Shown one piece after another: positions 23,356 to 35,195 of a stretch of DNA of 58,161 bases. The stretch lies in NCBI GenBank assembly GCA_014905635.1, contig JABVCE010000046.1, forward strand, positions 62,001 through 120,161. Direction: 5' to 3'. Below the pieces are notes generated by a model. The model ran no database searches. It worked only from the letters and a program-made list of their open reading frames with translations, and was not told the DNA's origin. The position numbers and the translations under genes are program-made. The first letter of the stretch is position 1; every line of letters begins with the position of its first letter. This stretch comes from Scenedesmus sp. PABB004 (taxonomy: Eukaryota).

Positions 23356-24416
23356 CGGCGGCGGCGGCGGCGGCCGCAGTCGGCGGGGGCAGCTGCGCCC
23401 ATTCTCCTGCGGGTGCCGGGGTGCCGGGAGTGTGCTCCACATCAGGTGACCCGCTGGTGGCGAATGACCCCGATGCGATCGGCCTGCGCAGCGCCTTGCG
23501 GCCGCCGATGAGCCGTCGGACGCGGCATCGGCGATGATTCTACGTCGAAGAGAAGGCTGCGCGTCGACGCCGCAGCGCGGGCGTTCTGCCTGGTCGGTGG
23601 CATCGCTCGATGGGTTCTTCCCCGCGTGCGGGGGGCACGGCAGGGTCGTCTGCCCCAGAATAGAAAACGGTGGCGTCTGTCTGCGGCCGGACGGGCGGGC
23701 TGGAGGTCGCAGCGGCCCAGGGGCGCGTGGGGCTGGCGGGGCAGCAGTACCCCATGTCACTGCCCGCGTGCGCCGAACGCTGCCGGCTGCTGCTTTGACC
23801 GCAATGCCACTCGTTCCTCTGCTCCCCACCGCGCGGTGGCCCACGTAGCTGCGCCGGTCACGCCAAACGGGGCCTGTCAGGGGCGGTCGCCATTTTGCCC
23901 GCCTGCTCACGCCCAGCTTGCTCCAGTGGGTTCCACTTGGTGCGTTGGTATCGGCCGGGAGCTCGCCGGCGCCTCCCGAAGGCCGCCTGCAGCCCGCCTC
24001 GCGACCATCCGAAGCCAGGCGCAGGCGCGCTGCGGGGCATCTGGGCGCGGGGCAGGCACGTGAGCCACCGTCACGGCCGTCGCCGTCGGCTGGCCGGGCG
24101 GGCGGCAGCGCAGCGCGGCGCCTAGGGCGTGCAGCGGGCGCGGCAGCAGAGCGGCGGCGGCAGCAGCTGTCCCACGCCGGGACAGGCGCCCTGCCCGTGC
24201 CGGGGCAGCCGGATGGCGCCAGCTGCGCTTTGCTGCGGCCGCAGCAGCGCTGAGCGCGCCGCTGGGCGCCGCCCCGCGCACGCGCCGCGCGCCGACCGCC
24301 GTCGGCCCGCCCACCGCCGCCGACCGCAGGGCGCGCAGTGCGAGCATGCGGTGCGCACGGGCCAGCTGAGCTGCGAGCCGGGGCCGCCTCCCAGGCGGGC
24401 CGCGGCGCCGCGGCAC

Positions 24417-27270
24417 ATGACCACGGCGGCAGAGCAGGGTGACGCGACACCCGCGGCCCTGCCGGGCAGCCCCGCCGGCCTCGCAAGCGCGGCGGCCAGC
24501 GCCCAGCAGGAGCGGCAGCAGCAGCAAGAGCAGGGCGGCATGGCGGTGCAGCTGGCGGCGGCGTTCCCGGTGGGCGGCGCCGGCCTGGGCGGCAGCCTTG
24601 GCGGCGGCGGCGGCGCCGGCCGCGCGCTGCAGTGCGGCGCGCAGGCGCTCGGGCTGTCGGGCCCGGGCGGCAGCCAGGCGGCGCCGACGGGCAGCCCAGG
24701 GCCCTCCGGCCCGGCCTCGCTCGCGGGCGGCGGCGCCCTGGGCGCCGCCTGCCGCCCGCTGGGCGCGGGCAGCCCTGGCGGCAGCCCCAGCGCCAGCAGC
24801 GCGGGCGGCGCGCCGGCGGGCGGCGCGGGCTCGTCCCCGCGGCGCGGCCCCGGCCGCGGCGCCGCGCTGGCCGAGCCCAACCACGGCGGCGAGCTGCCGC
24901 CGCTCGCGCGCGAGCTCGGCGTGCGCGTCGGCGCGCTCGTGCGGCTGTTCCGGGCGGACGCGGAGGCGGAGCACGAGCAGCCGGTGTGGATGGTGGTCAA
25001 CCTGCAGGGCAAGATCAAAGGCAGCTACACGGCGGACAAGATGCTCGAGTTTTGCCGCCGCGGCACGCTCAGCGCGGCGCAGGCGGTGCTGGGCATCGAC
25101 CGCAACCTGCCCTACGTCGCGCGCCAGGTGACCCGCGCGCGCTGGGTCTGTGTGTGGGGGGGAGGACGGCGCTGCGCAGCGTGGGCGGCGCGTGGGAGCG
25201 TGGACGGCGCGCGCTGGCGGCGGGGTGGTTGGCGCCGACGCGCCGCGCGCGCCCGCCTCTCCCCCCCCCCCCACCCACCCACCCACCCATCACCACCATC
25301 ACCGCAGGACCTCGCGTTTTACCGCCCCCTGGGCCAGCTGCTGCTGGGCGTGGCGGGCGGGGCGCGGTACGTGCCGCTCGCGGACGCCACGCTGGCCGCG
25401 CTGGCGCAGCAGGGCCTCCCGCCCGCCGCCTGGGCGCCGCTCGTGGACGAGCCGGCCGGAGAGGGCCTCGCGGGCGAGCTGGCGGGGCTGAGCCTCGGCG
25501 GCGGCGGCGAGGGCCGCGAGGGCCGCGCCGCCGCGGTGGCCGCGGCCGCCGCGCGGCTGCGCACGGCGCTGCAGCGCCTGTGCGGCGTGGGCGGCGCGGG
25601 CGCGCGGCCGGGCGGCGGGGGCAAGGCGCCGCTGTGGCTCTACCTGAACCATCTGGGCTGGTGCAGGTGACGGCGCGCCCCGCGCCCCACACGCCGCGCC
25701 GCCCGCGCCGCCGGCCGCGTGGCGCGGCGGCCTGACCCTCGCCGCCGCCCGCGCTGCCGCCGCGGCCGCCGCCGCCGCGCAGGGGGCCGTTCAGCGGCGG
25801 GAAGGTGATGCACGCGCACCTGTGCGGCCGGCTGCCGCGCGACACGCTCGTGGTGGCGTTTGAGCCGGACGTGCCCGCCGCCAGCATCAGCGGCGACGTG
25901 GCCCGCTGGTTCAGGTGCGCCCCCGCAGGCGCCGCGCGCGCCCGCGCAGGCCGTGCAGGCCGCGCAGGCCGTGCAGGCCGCGCCCGCGGGCCTGGGCGCC
26001 GCTCACGCCGCGCCGCCTGCGCGCGTGTGCCGCAGGCCGCTCGGCGTGCTGCTGGACAACGTCGCCGCGGGGTGGGCGTACAACACGGTCAAGTGGGCGG
26101 ACGTCGCGGCGGCGCGCGGCGGCGCCATGGCCGGCCAGGTGCGGCGGCGCGCGGCCGCGTCCCGCGTGCCACCCAGTGCGGGGGGGGGGGCAGCGGGGCA
26201 GCGGGGGCAGCGGGGGCAGCAGGTGGTGCCGAGGGTCGTGCGCGGCACGGCGCGCCCATCACCTGCTCCGCGCGCCGCCGCCGCCCCCGCAGGGCGCCTG
26301 GCAGCCGCTGATTTACTTGGGACCGGGCAGCCCGCCGCCCCTGGTGGCGGCGGAGCAGCTCGCGCCGCCGCCGGCGCCGCCCGGCGGCCGGCCCGGCGAG
26401 CACCACCCCCACCACCAGGGCGGCGCGCGCGGCCCGCCGGGTGGCATGGCCGGCGCGCCCGGCATGGTGCTGATGCAGGCGCGCGGCGAGCCCTGGGGCG
26501 CGGCGCCGCAGCAGCAGCTGCAGCGCCCGGCGCAGTGGGGCATGCCTGCCGGTGAGCCTGCGGCGCAGCAGCAGCTCCTTGTGGGCCCCGGCGGCGTGAC
26601 GTACGGCCCTGTGCCAGACGGCGCCGTGGGGTCGATGCACCAGGTGACGGCGGCGCTGCTGCAGCAGCAGCAGGCGGCACAGCAAGCGCAGCAGCAGGCG
26701 CTGCTCGTCGCGCAGCAGCAGGGCATGGCCATGGCCTGGCAGCAGCACGGCGCCGGCGGCGGCGGCGGCTACGTGGCTCAGCCGTTTGGCGGCCAGCCGG
26801 GCGGGTTTGTGCAGGCGGGCGCGCAGGCCGCGCCCGGCGGCTGGTGGCAGGTGGGCGCGCCGCCGACGCCGCCCGGCATCAGCCCTTTCCTGACGCCACC
26901 CAGCGGCGCCGGGCAGGCGTGGCCGGGCGGCGAGCGCGGCCCGCTCGAGTTCCTGCAGCAGCAGGGCCCCGGCGCCCCGGCCGGGGGGCAGGGCGGCTTT
27001 GACATGCCCGGCGCCCAGCCCGGCCTCGTCGGCGGCTACGGCAGCGGCGCCCTGCCGGCCAGCGGCGGCATGCTGATGCTGCTGCAGCAGCAGCAGCAGC
27101 AGGCGCAGCAGACGCAGGCTCAGCAGGCGCAGCAGCAGCAACAGCAGGCGACCGCCGGCCCCTCTCTTGCGCAGGGGCAGTGGGCGGCGGCGCTCGATGC
27201 AGGCCGCGCGTCGGGCGGCAGCGGCGGGTTCTATGCCGGCGCGCCCGGCCCGGCCTGGCCGCAGCAGTGA
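24417..27270 (+). CDS. Protein with two GYF-like domains and a Gln/Gly/Pro-rich low-complexity tail
   Basis: WMVVNLQGKIKGSYTADKMLEFCRRGTL..FYRPL and WLYLNHLGWC|RGPFSGGKVMHAHLCGRL..WF|RPL follow the GYF pattern W-x-Y..G..GPF..M..G..L. The start codon is uncertain. Confidence 0.65.
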
Positions 27271-29166
27271 AGTCTGCCGCGCGGCGGCGGGCCAGTGGGT
27301 CTGCTGAAGGGGGTCTGCCGAGCGCCCCTGCCTCTCTTCTTTCCCTGCTAGCACCGCCTTCCTTCACTCAAAGCATGCCCAAGCAGAATAAGGTCGCTGC
27401 GTGTGACGCGCTGCGCCAACGCATTGAGCTCGACTGTGCGCCTCCGAGGCTTGGCCGACGCGCGCGCCGTGTGCGCGTGGTGCTGGGCCCTGGCGTGCGC
27501 GCGTTTGAGCTACGTTTGAACACTGTTGAGCACCGCAGGCACGGCACGGGGGCTGAGCGCCGCAGCCCGCGCGGCTGGAGCCAGCCATGCGCAGTCTGTG
27601 GCGCCGGCGGCGCGCTTGACACAGGCGCATTGTGGGTGTGGATCATGGAGCATCCATGCAGTCGTTCGGAGTCATTGTCTCAGTGCCCCCCTTGGTGGCG
27701 GGCCGCACGCGCGCCGTCGCAGCTCGCAACCCCTGTGCTGGGGGCCGAGGCGCGGCGCGTGCTCCTGTGGCCGTCGCAGCGTTGCGCCCGCCGCCGCGTG
27801 GGACCACCGGTGCGCTGTGCACTTCTGCCCGCTGGCGCACTGTCTCGCGAGGCGCGCGCGCCCTGCGCCTTGCGCTGATTGTCTCACGAAGGGCGCATCC
27901 AATGGGCAAGCAAAGCTGAGAGCAGCCGCCAGCGGCGGCTGGCTCGTGCGCTGGTTGGCGGTTGGTTGGTTTGGCCGGCCCGCCAGGGACAGCAGGGGAT
28001 GTGTCACACTGCCCAACGCTCCTCCCGTGCGCACGCACGCGCCGGGGGACTGGTGGTGGTGGTGGCACCACCGTCAGGTCGAAGCCGCACGCTGGCCTCG
28101 TGCACCCTTCAGCGTTGGCAGACGCCCCTCTGCATCCGCACGGCAGCCCAGCCTTCACCTGTGAAGCTCGGGCGCAGTGCGCGCGCACTGTTTGCTGGCA
28201 CACAATGCATGCACAGCAGCAGCGCTGGGTTTGGGTTTTTTTTTTTTTGGGGGGGGGGGGGGTTGATGCCATGCCGCAGCGGCGGCCACCACAACAACGG
28301 CGGCACGCTCGCGCGTTGGCCGATTGCAGTAGAACCCAACCCAACCCCTGCATTTGAGACAGAGGAGGAGCCGAGGAGGAGCCGAGGCACTGCCGATGCT
28401 GTTTCGCTAAGACTATGCCCAGGCACACACACCAGCAATGGCGGCGCCTGGGACAGACTGCATGCGCGCATGTTGTGTCTCGTCGTCGTGCGGCGTTGTG
28501 CATGTGCGCCACCGCGCACTCTCCCTCTCTCCCTGACTCGGGCCCTCGGGACTGCTGACAGCCTGTCAGCCTGAGCCCTGCCCTGCGTGAGCGCGCACCG
28601 ACTGCTCCGGCGAGCGCACCGCCATCATCCCCGTCCCTGGGCGAGAGAGAGTGCATCCAATCGATTGATCTGTCGGCCGGTTACCGCTCCGCCCGCGCCG
28701 CGGGGGCGCCGCCCCCCGCAGCTGCCTGGCCCGCGCTCGCCCCGACCCGACCCGACCACCGCGCCTGGTAACCACACACACCACTATCCGCCGCAGCTAG
28801 CAGCGTCGGCGCGCGCGTCGCCGCGCGTGGGCAGCCCGCTCGAGGGGGCGCAGCAGCAGCTTGCCGCGCCTGCTCGGGCCGCAATTGGAGGGTGCGGCGG
28901 CGCATGAACAGCGCAGCGAGTCGAAATCCTTTGGCCGCCGCAGCAGCAGTTCAATGCAAGTCGCTGGTCCGTGAGAGAGAGACGTGAGGGCAGAGGGAGA
29001 GGGGGAGCCGGCCGCGCCGCTCAGAGTTCGCCGCCCTGCTGCGGGAGGCACCTGAGCGGCATGGCCCAGCAATACTGCACCCGCCGCACCACACACGATG
29101 AGAGGAAGCCCGGCCCGGCCCCGTGCTGCTGCAAACAGCCTTGGTCCCCGCTGGCGCCCGCCCGCC

Positions 29167-31465
29167 TCACGCGTGGATGGGCTTGGCCGCCGAGTCGACG
29201 CGCGACCCCACGCACGCGTACTCGTGGCGCGCCGGCGCGTAGCGCCCGCCGCGCTCGAGCTGCGCGGCGGCGGCGCGGCGGGCGGCGGCGGCGGCGGCTG
29301 AGGCAGGCGGCGAGCGCGCACGCGCTGGCGCCAGCCACGCCGGCAGCCCCCCGGCCGCCTGTCGCTGCGCGGCCGCCCACCTGGGTCTTGCGGAACTCGA
29401 GGCCCAGCCCCACGAGCAGCAGCAGCCCCACCGGCACCACCGCGGCCACGACCCACGGCAGCAGCGGGGTGTTGGCGCCCCCAGGCACGAGGACAATGCC
29501 CAGCGCGACGGCCACAAGGCCTGCGCGGCGCGGCGGCGCACGGGCGGGCCGGGCGGGCTCGCCGCGTGCGCGTGCGGCGCGCACAGCGCGGCGCTGCGGC
29601 GCGCCGTGCGCCCCGGGGGCGGGGCCCCGCCGCACCCAGCACGATGGTCAGCCACCCGGCCGTCAGGTGGCCGCGGCGCCACCACGCGCGGCGCGGCGCG
29701 CAGAGAGCGGGGCGCAGAAAGCCGGCGGCGACCTGCAGGGCGGCGGGCGGGCGGGTGAGCGCGCGCGCCCCGCGCCGCCGCGCGCCGTCGCGCGCGCTGC
29801 CGCCGCGCCGCGCCGCGCCGCGCCGTGCCGCTCGCCGCCCCCGCGCCGCCCCCCCCCCCCCCCCGCCGCGGCGTGCCTGCGCGAGCATGAGCCACATGAC
29901 CGCGATGCCGATGCCGCGGTGGGCGTTGAAGCAGGGGTTCGGCAGCGGCGCGCCGGGCGCCCAGGGCACGTCGCAGACGACCAGGATGAGCATAAAGCCC
30001 GCGAGCGACGCGACGAGCGACAGGCTCTGCAGCGCGCGGTGCGCGGAGAACCAGTGCCCGCGCAGCCCGCCGGCGGCCCTGTCGCCCGCGAGCCACTTGT
30101 GCCGCGCGGCGAGCGCGCCGGCGGGGAGCATCAGCGCAAACGTGGCCAGCATGAGCGCGCCGTGCGCGACCACGCCCGGGTCGACGCCCGACGCGTCGTC
30201 GCCGCTGACCGTCACGCCCGCCGCGCCGCCAGACGCGTCGAGCGTGACGCTGCCCGTCCCGCTGTGCACCACAAAGGTAGTCGACTGGTCGGACGCCCAG
30301 TTGAGGTGCAGCGCTGCGCGGCGCGGGGCAGGGCGGCACGGGGCGGGGCGGGGCGGGGCGGGGCGGGGCGGGGCGGGGCGGGGCGGGGCGGGGCGGGGCG
30401 GGGCGGGGCGGGGCGGGGCGGGGCGGGGCGGGGCGGGCGGGGCGGGGCGCGCACGCGTGGGCCTGCCGCAGCGGCGAGCGACGCCCGGCGCGGCGAGCGC
30501 GGGCCCGCCGCAGCGGCGTGCTGCGCTGCGCGCCGCCGGCGTCCGCAGCGCAGCGCGCGCGCGCACCGCTGAGGTCCAGCGGCTGCGCCGACTGCAGCAG
30601 GCGGCGCCCCGTCGCAGAGCCGTCGGCGGCGCCGCCGGTGGCGCGGCTGAAGCAGACGAGCGTGTGGCCGTCGGCCGAGTGCGCCGCGCCCAGGTTGCTG
30701 GCCCAGCCGTTGCCGGCAAAGTTGGTGGCCGAGGGCCGCGGCGAGTAGTTCTCAAGAGCGTACGCCGACACCTGGCACGGCGGCGGGCGGAGGGCGCGCG
30801 CCGCTTGCTCACGCGCGGCGGCGGCGCGCCAGGCTGGCGGCGGGGAGAGACGCGGGGCTGCGGGGCTGCGCCCACCTTTGGCGCGCCGCTCGCGGGGTCC
30901 AGCCAGCCGATGACCGCGTCAGCCGGCACCATGCGCCCGGGCGTGGCGGGGAAGCTCAGCCCAGCGTAGCCCGACGAGGGGCTCTCGAGCAGCAGGTGCA
31001 GCAGCTCGCCAGGCGCGGCGCCCGCGGCGCTCGCGGCGGGCGCGGACGCCGTGCAGGGGTTGGCCGGCGGCGCGGCGCCGCCGCGCGTAAAGTGCAGCGT
31101 GGCGCCACCGCGCACGGCGACCGCGCAGGCGTAGCCGTACGCCGACGGGTCGCAGCCGGGCGTCGGTGCATGCGCCGCGGCCGCAGGCGTGCCCGCCGCG
31201 GCGGCCTTGGTGACGGGCGTGGCCGCCGCGGCGGCAGGCTTGGGCGCGGGCGCGGCCGCCGCGGCGGCGGGCTTGGGCGCGGGCGTGGCCGCCGCGGCGG
31301 GCTTGGCTGCCGGCGCGGCCGCCGCGGCCGCCGCCGCCGGCGCGCCGGGGCAGGGGCTGCCGGGGCACTGCGCCAGCGGCTTGACCGGCAGGCTCGTCGC
31401 GGCGCTGTGGAAGGAGTCGCGCGACCCGGCGGCGCTGGTGGCCTTGAGCTGCACGGTGCCGCCTG

Positions 31466-31525
<60 letters not shown>

Positions 31526-32208
31526 TCGGGCGCTGCCGCAGGCCGCCAGCAGCCCCAGCGCTGCAGCAGCTCGCCGGCCCGCCGCACCGGGCACGCTGCA
31601 GGGCAGGGTGAGGGTGTCTGAGAAGCTGACGCCCGGGCCGTCGACGCTCGTGGCGCGGTTGGGGCTGCGGGCGCGGCGCGGCGGCGCGGGCGGTCGTGCG
31701 CGGGCGTGCGTGCGAGCGCGCGGCGCTGCGGGCGCGCTGCGCGCCGGCGGGCTGCGCCGGCGCACCACTCGCTGCCGGCCGCTGCGGAGGCGAACACGCC
31801 CGCGCTGGCGGTGAGCAGGGTGCGGCGCTCCTCGGCGTACGCGACGCGAACGGCGTAGCCCGCCCCGGGGCAGAGCGCCACCACCGCCGCGCCGCCGGCA
31901 GCGGGCGTGAGCGTGAAGGTCGTGGCCCTGCGTACGACGGAGGCGGCGCGGCCTGAGCGCGGGCGGGCGCACGGGGCCGCGCCGGTGCAGCAACCGCCGC
32001 GGTCGCCGCACCGGTCGGGCGCCGGCGCGCCGTGTCCGCCGTAGCGCTTCTCGGGCTGCGCCGTGCAGCTGTTGGCCAGGCCGTTGTCCACCCAGTACTC
32101 GGGGTACGCGGAGCAGCGCCGGGCGGCCAGGGCGAGCAGCAGCAGCACCACTCGCCCCCACGGCGCGGCGCGCGTCCCCGGGACGCCGGTGACCCGCGCA
32201 CGCGCCAT
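29167..32208 (-). CDS. Signal peptide + reeler-like + DOMON + cytochrome b561 protein (CYBDOM/FRRS1-like reductase)
   Basis: Hydrophobic leader VVLLLLALAARRCSA. DOMON GYAGLSF..GRMVPADAVIGW with heme Met and later H (VVHSG). The four b561 His: AHGALM, SAHRALQ, NAHRGIG, RGHLTAGW. The reeler-like call for the N-terminal domain is less certain. Confidence 0.88.
30340..30447. repeat. (GGGGC)n microsatellite, intronic
   Basis: Direct reading. Confidence 0.95.
31468..31523. repeat. (CGG)n trinucleotide microsatellite, intronic
   Basis: Direct reading. Confidence 0.95.
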
Positions 32209-33658
32209 GACCGATGCTAGTGCGCTCCCTCGCGCGGCGCGCGCGAGCTTATGAGCAGTGACGCGCGGTGTGGCCCGACAGTGGGCCGCGGGGTGTGAGC
32301 AGAGCGCGAGCGAACGCGCGCGCGTCGAGTCTGAGTGCTGGGCGGGCGCGGCGTCGTGGTGGGCACCGCGGGCGCACGCGCGCTCAACCCCAAACCTGCG
32401 GCGGCGCCGCCGCGGCAGCTGCGCCAGCTGCCACCGGCCACCATCGCCTTGGGCACCGCCCGCGCCGCACGGCGGCCTGGGAGCGGCGCCAAGCAGCAGC
32501 AGCGGTTACCACCCCCTCAAAATGGCGGCGTGCTCACAGGAGCGTCGATCACCGGAGGCGTGGCGGCAGCGGCCGGGCCGGCGCACGCTGGCGGCCGGCC
32601 CGGCACGCGCCGGGGGCTTGGGAGCGCGCCGTCCACGTCGCTGCACGCCCGCAGCGCGTTCGGGTCAGGGTCCCGGCTGCTGAGGCAGCCGAGGCCGGCA
32701 CCAGCCTGCGCGGCGCGCGCAGCATGCGCGCGCGACGCCACATCCTGCGGCGCGCGGGCGGGCAGCGCCACGCCCGCGCGCGTGCGCATGCAACGTGCCG
32801 CCCGTGGCGCCGCCGCCGGGGATGGCGGCGGCGGGCGCATCATGCCGCCGCCGGGGGGCGGCGCTGTTGGCACACAGGTCGGTGGTCAAAGGGGGGGCCG
32901 TGTGAGCCCGTCGGGGTGGTCATGCGGCACGATTCATCACCAGCGGAGCAAGGCACAGCTGCACATCAAGCGGCAGCGGCGCCGGGGGCGCCGCGCGTGC
33001 TTGGCTAGAGGCTAGGGAGGCGAGAGGGACCAGAGACAGAGAGAGAGAGAGGGGGCAGCAGACGACAGAGGCAGCGAGCCGCACGCTGCCAAGCCGGCCA
33101 AGGCCCCCCGCACGCACGCACGCACGCACGCAGGCGCAGTCTTTGCTCGCGCCGCCACGTGCGGGCGGGTGCGGCAAAGCACCCGCCGCTCCGCCCATGC
33201 ACGCGTGGAGGCGCCTGCAGCTCGCCGGCGCCGCCCCCGCCGCGCCACCCCATCCACCACCAGAGCGCGCACGCTGGCGCGGGCGCGGGACAGATCCTCC
33301 AGCCAGCGCCGCCGGGCGCGGCCGCCGGGCACGGCAGCCGCCCCCGCGCCGCGCCTCTACCTACGAGCCGCGCCAGGGCGCTAGCGCGGCGTGTGCATGC
33401 GATGGGGGTCGTCGCTGGGAGAGAGAGAGACAAGACCCCCCATGCACGTGCGTGCCCGCTGCGCGCCGTGGCGCTCCGCGCCGGTGGCCCAAATAGCAAG
33501 TGCGCGCCGCTGCGTGCCGGCGCCCCCGGGGCGCGGCCGCGGGCCCTGTTTCAGGCCCGCGCGCCCCGCCGGGCGCCGCCGCCCCGCCCCGCCGCGCGGG
33601 GCGCGCCGCGCCGCGCCGCCCGCGCCTGCGCGGGCGGGCGCGCCGCCGCGCCGCGCGC

Positions 33659-35156
33659 TCAGCTCTTGGAGAGCTCGGCCCACATGCGCGACACGTCAAA
33701 GCCCTCCCACGCCTTGTGCGCCTCCTCGACCCGCCGGTTGGCCTTCCACACGGCGCTGTTGCACTTGAAGCCTGCGGGACGCCGCCAGGCCGGGGGCGTC
33801 AGCCCCGCGCGCGGCACGCGAGCCGCCGCTGCCGCTGCCAGGGCCCAATGCGCGCGCGCGCCCGCGCGCGCGTGCGCGCGCGCCGCGCCGCACGCACCCG
33901 AGCCGAAGCCGAGCTGCCAGACGCGGTCGCCGCGGCGCACGCCGCGGAAGGTCTCGATGTAGCTCAGCACGTACCAGATGGACGACGACGACACGTTGCC
34001 ATACCTGGGGTTTGGGGTGTAGGGTTGAGGGCGGCGGCGGGGCGGTTCAGGGGCCGGGGCTTTTGGCGGGCGCGCGGGAGGGCCGCGGCGGGCGGGCGCG
34101 CGGGCGGGCGGGCGGGGGGCCAGCGAGCGGCGCCCGGCTGCGCGCGCGGGCGGCGGGCGGGCGCGCACCTGAAGAGCGCGGCGCGGCTGGGCTCGATGAC
34201 CTTTGTGGGGAGGCGGAGGTGCTTCTCAATCTCATCAATCACGCCCCGCCCGCCTGGGTGGAGGGGAGGTGTGTGTGTGTGGGGGGGGGGGGGGGGGGGG
34301 GGGGGGTGCGGCCGGCCGACGAGCGCGGCCCGGCCGAGCGCGCGCCGCCGCCGCCGCGCGGCAGCCCCCGGCCGGCGCGCCACACCCCACAACGCCCCGC
34401 GCGCCTGTGTGGATGCAGATGTGGTCGAACGCGACGCTGAAGTCTGGGACATACGGCTTGAGCGCGCCCTTGCCGAGCGCCTTGCGGGCGAGCATGTTGG
34501 CGGCAAACAGCAGCTGCTCGCTCAGCGGCAGCACGAGCGGCCCCAGCGTGGTGATGTTGGCCTTCAGCGCCTCGCCTGCCGGGACGGGGCGGGGCGGGGC
34601 CAGGGTGTAGGGCGGGGCAGGGCGAGGTCGGGCGCCGCCCGCCGCAGAGCTCGCCGCGCGCGCGCCCTGCCCCCTGCTGCCCGCCAGCTGCCCCCCCCCC
34701 TCCAACAAGCCGCCCTCCACCAGCCACCACACACCCACCCCCCCCCCAGGCCCCCCGCACCCGCGACGGTCATGAGCTCCTTGCTCAGCTTGACGCCCCG
34801 CACGCCGCTGTCGTCCTCGGTCTCAAACACGCAGCCGTACGCGGCGTCGCTCGCGGCGAGGTTGGTGCGCACGACGTGGCTCAGGCTGTACTTGGACCGC
34901 CTGTGTGTGCGTTTGGGGGAGGGGCGGGCGCGTGAGCAAAGCGAGGAGGGCTGTCTGGCGTGGCGGCCGCCAGCGGGCGCGCGGGGGCGGGCCCCGCCGG
35001 CGGGCGGCGGCGCGGCGAGCGGCGGCGCACCAGGCCTCGCTGCGCTTGTTGCTCAGCAGCACCGCGGCGCCGCCGACGCGGAAGAGCGTGTTGGTCATGA
35101 GCATGCCCTTGTGCGTGCCCGGGTACCTGGGGGCACATGGGTGCGTGTGTGTGTGT

Positions 35157-35195
<39 letters not shown>

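Noticed and set aside
27270..28960. Lower-GC intergenic stretch with T and G runs as a possible TE or ncRNA
   Set aside because: No terminal repeats, transposase/RT motifs, tRNA cloverleaf or convincing snoRNA box pairs were seen; consistent with convergent 3' UTRs.
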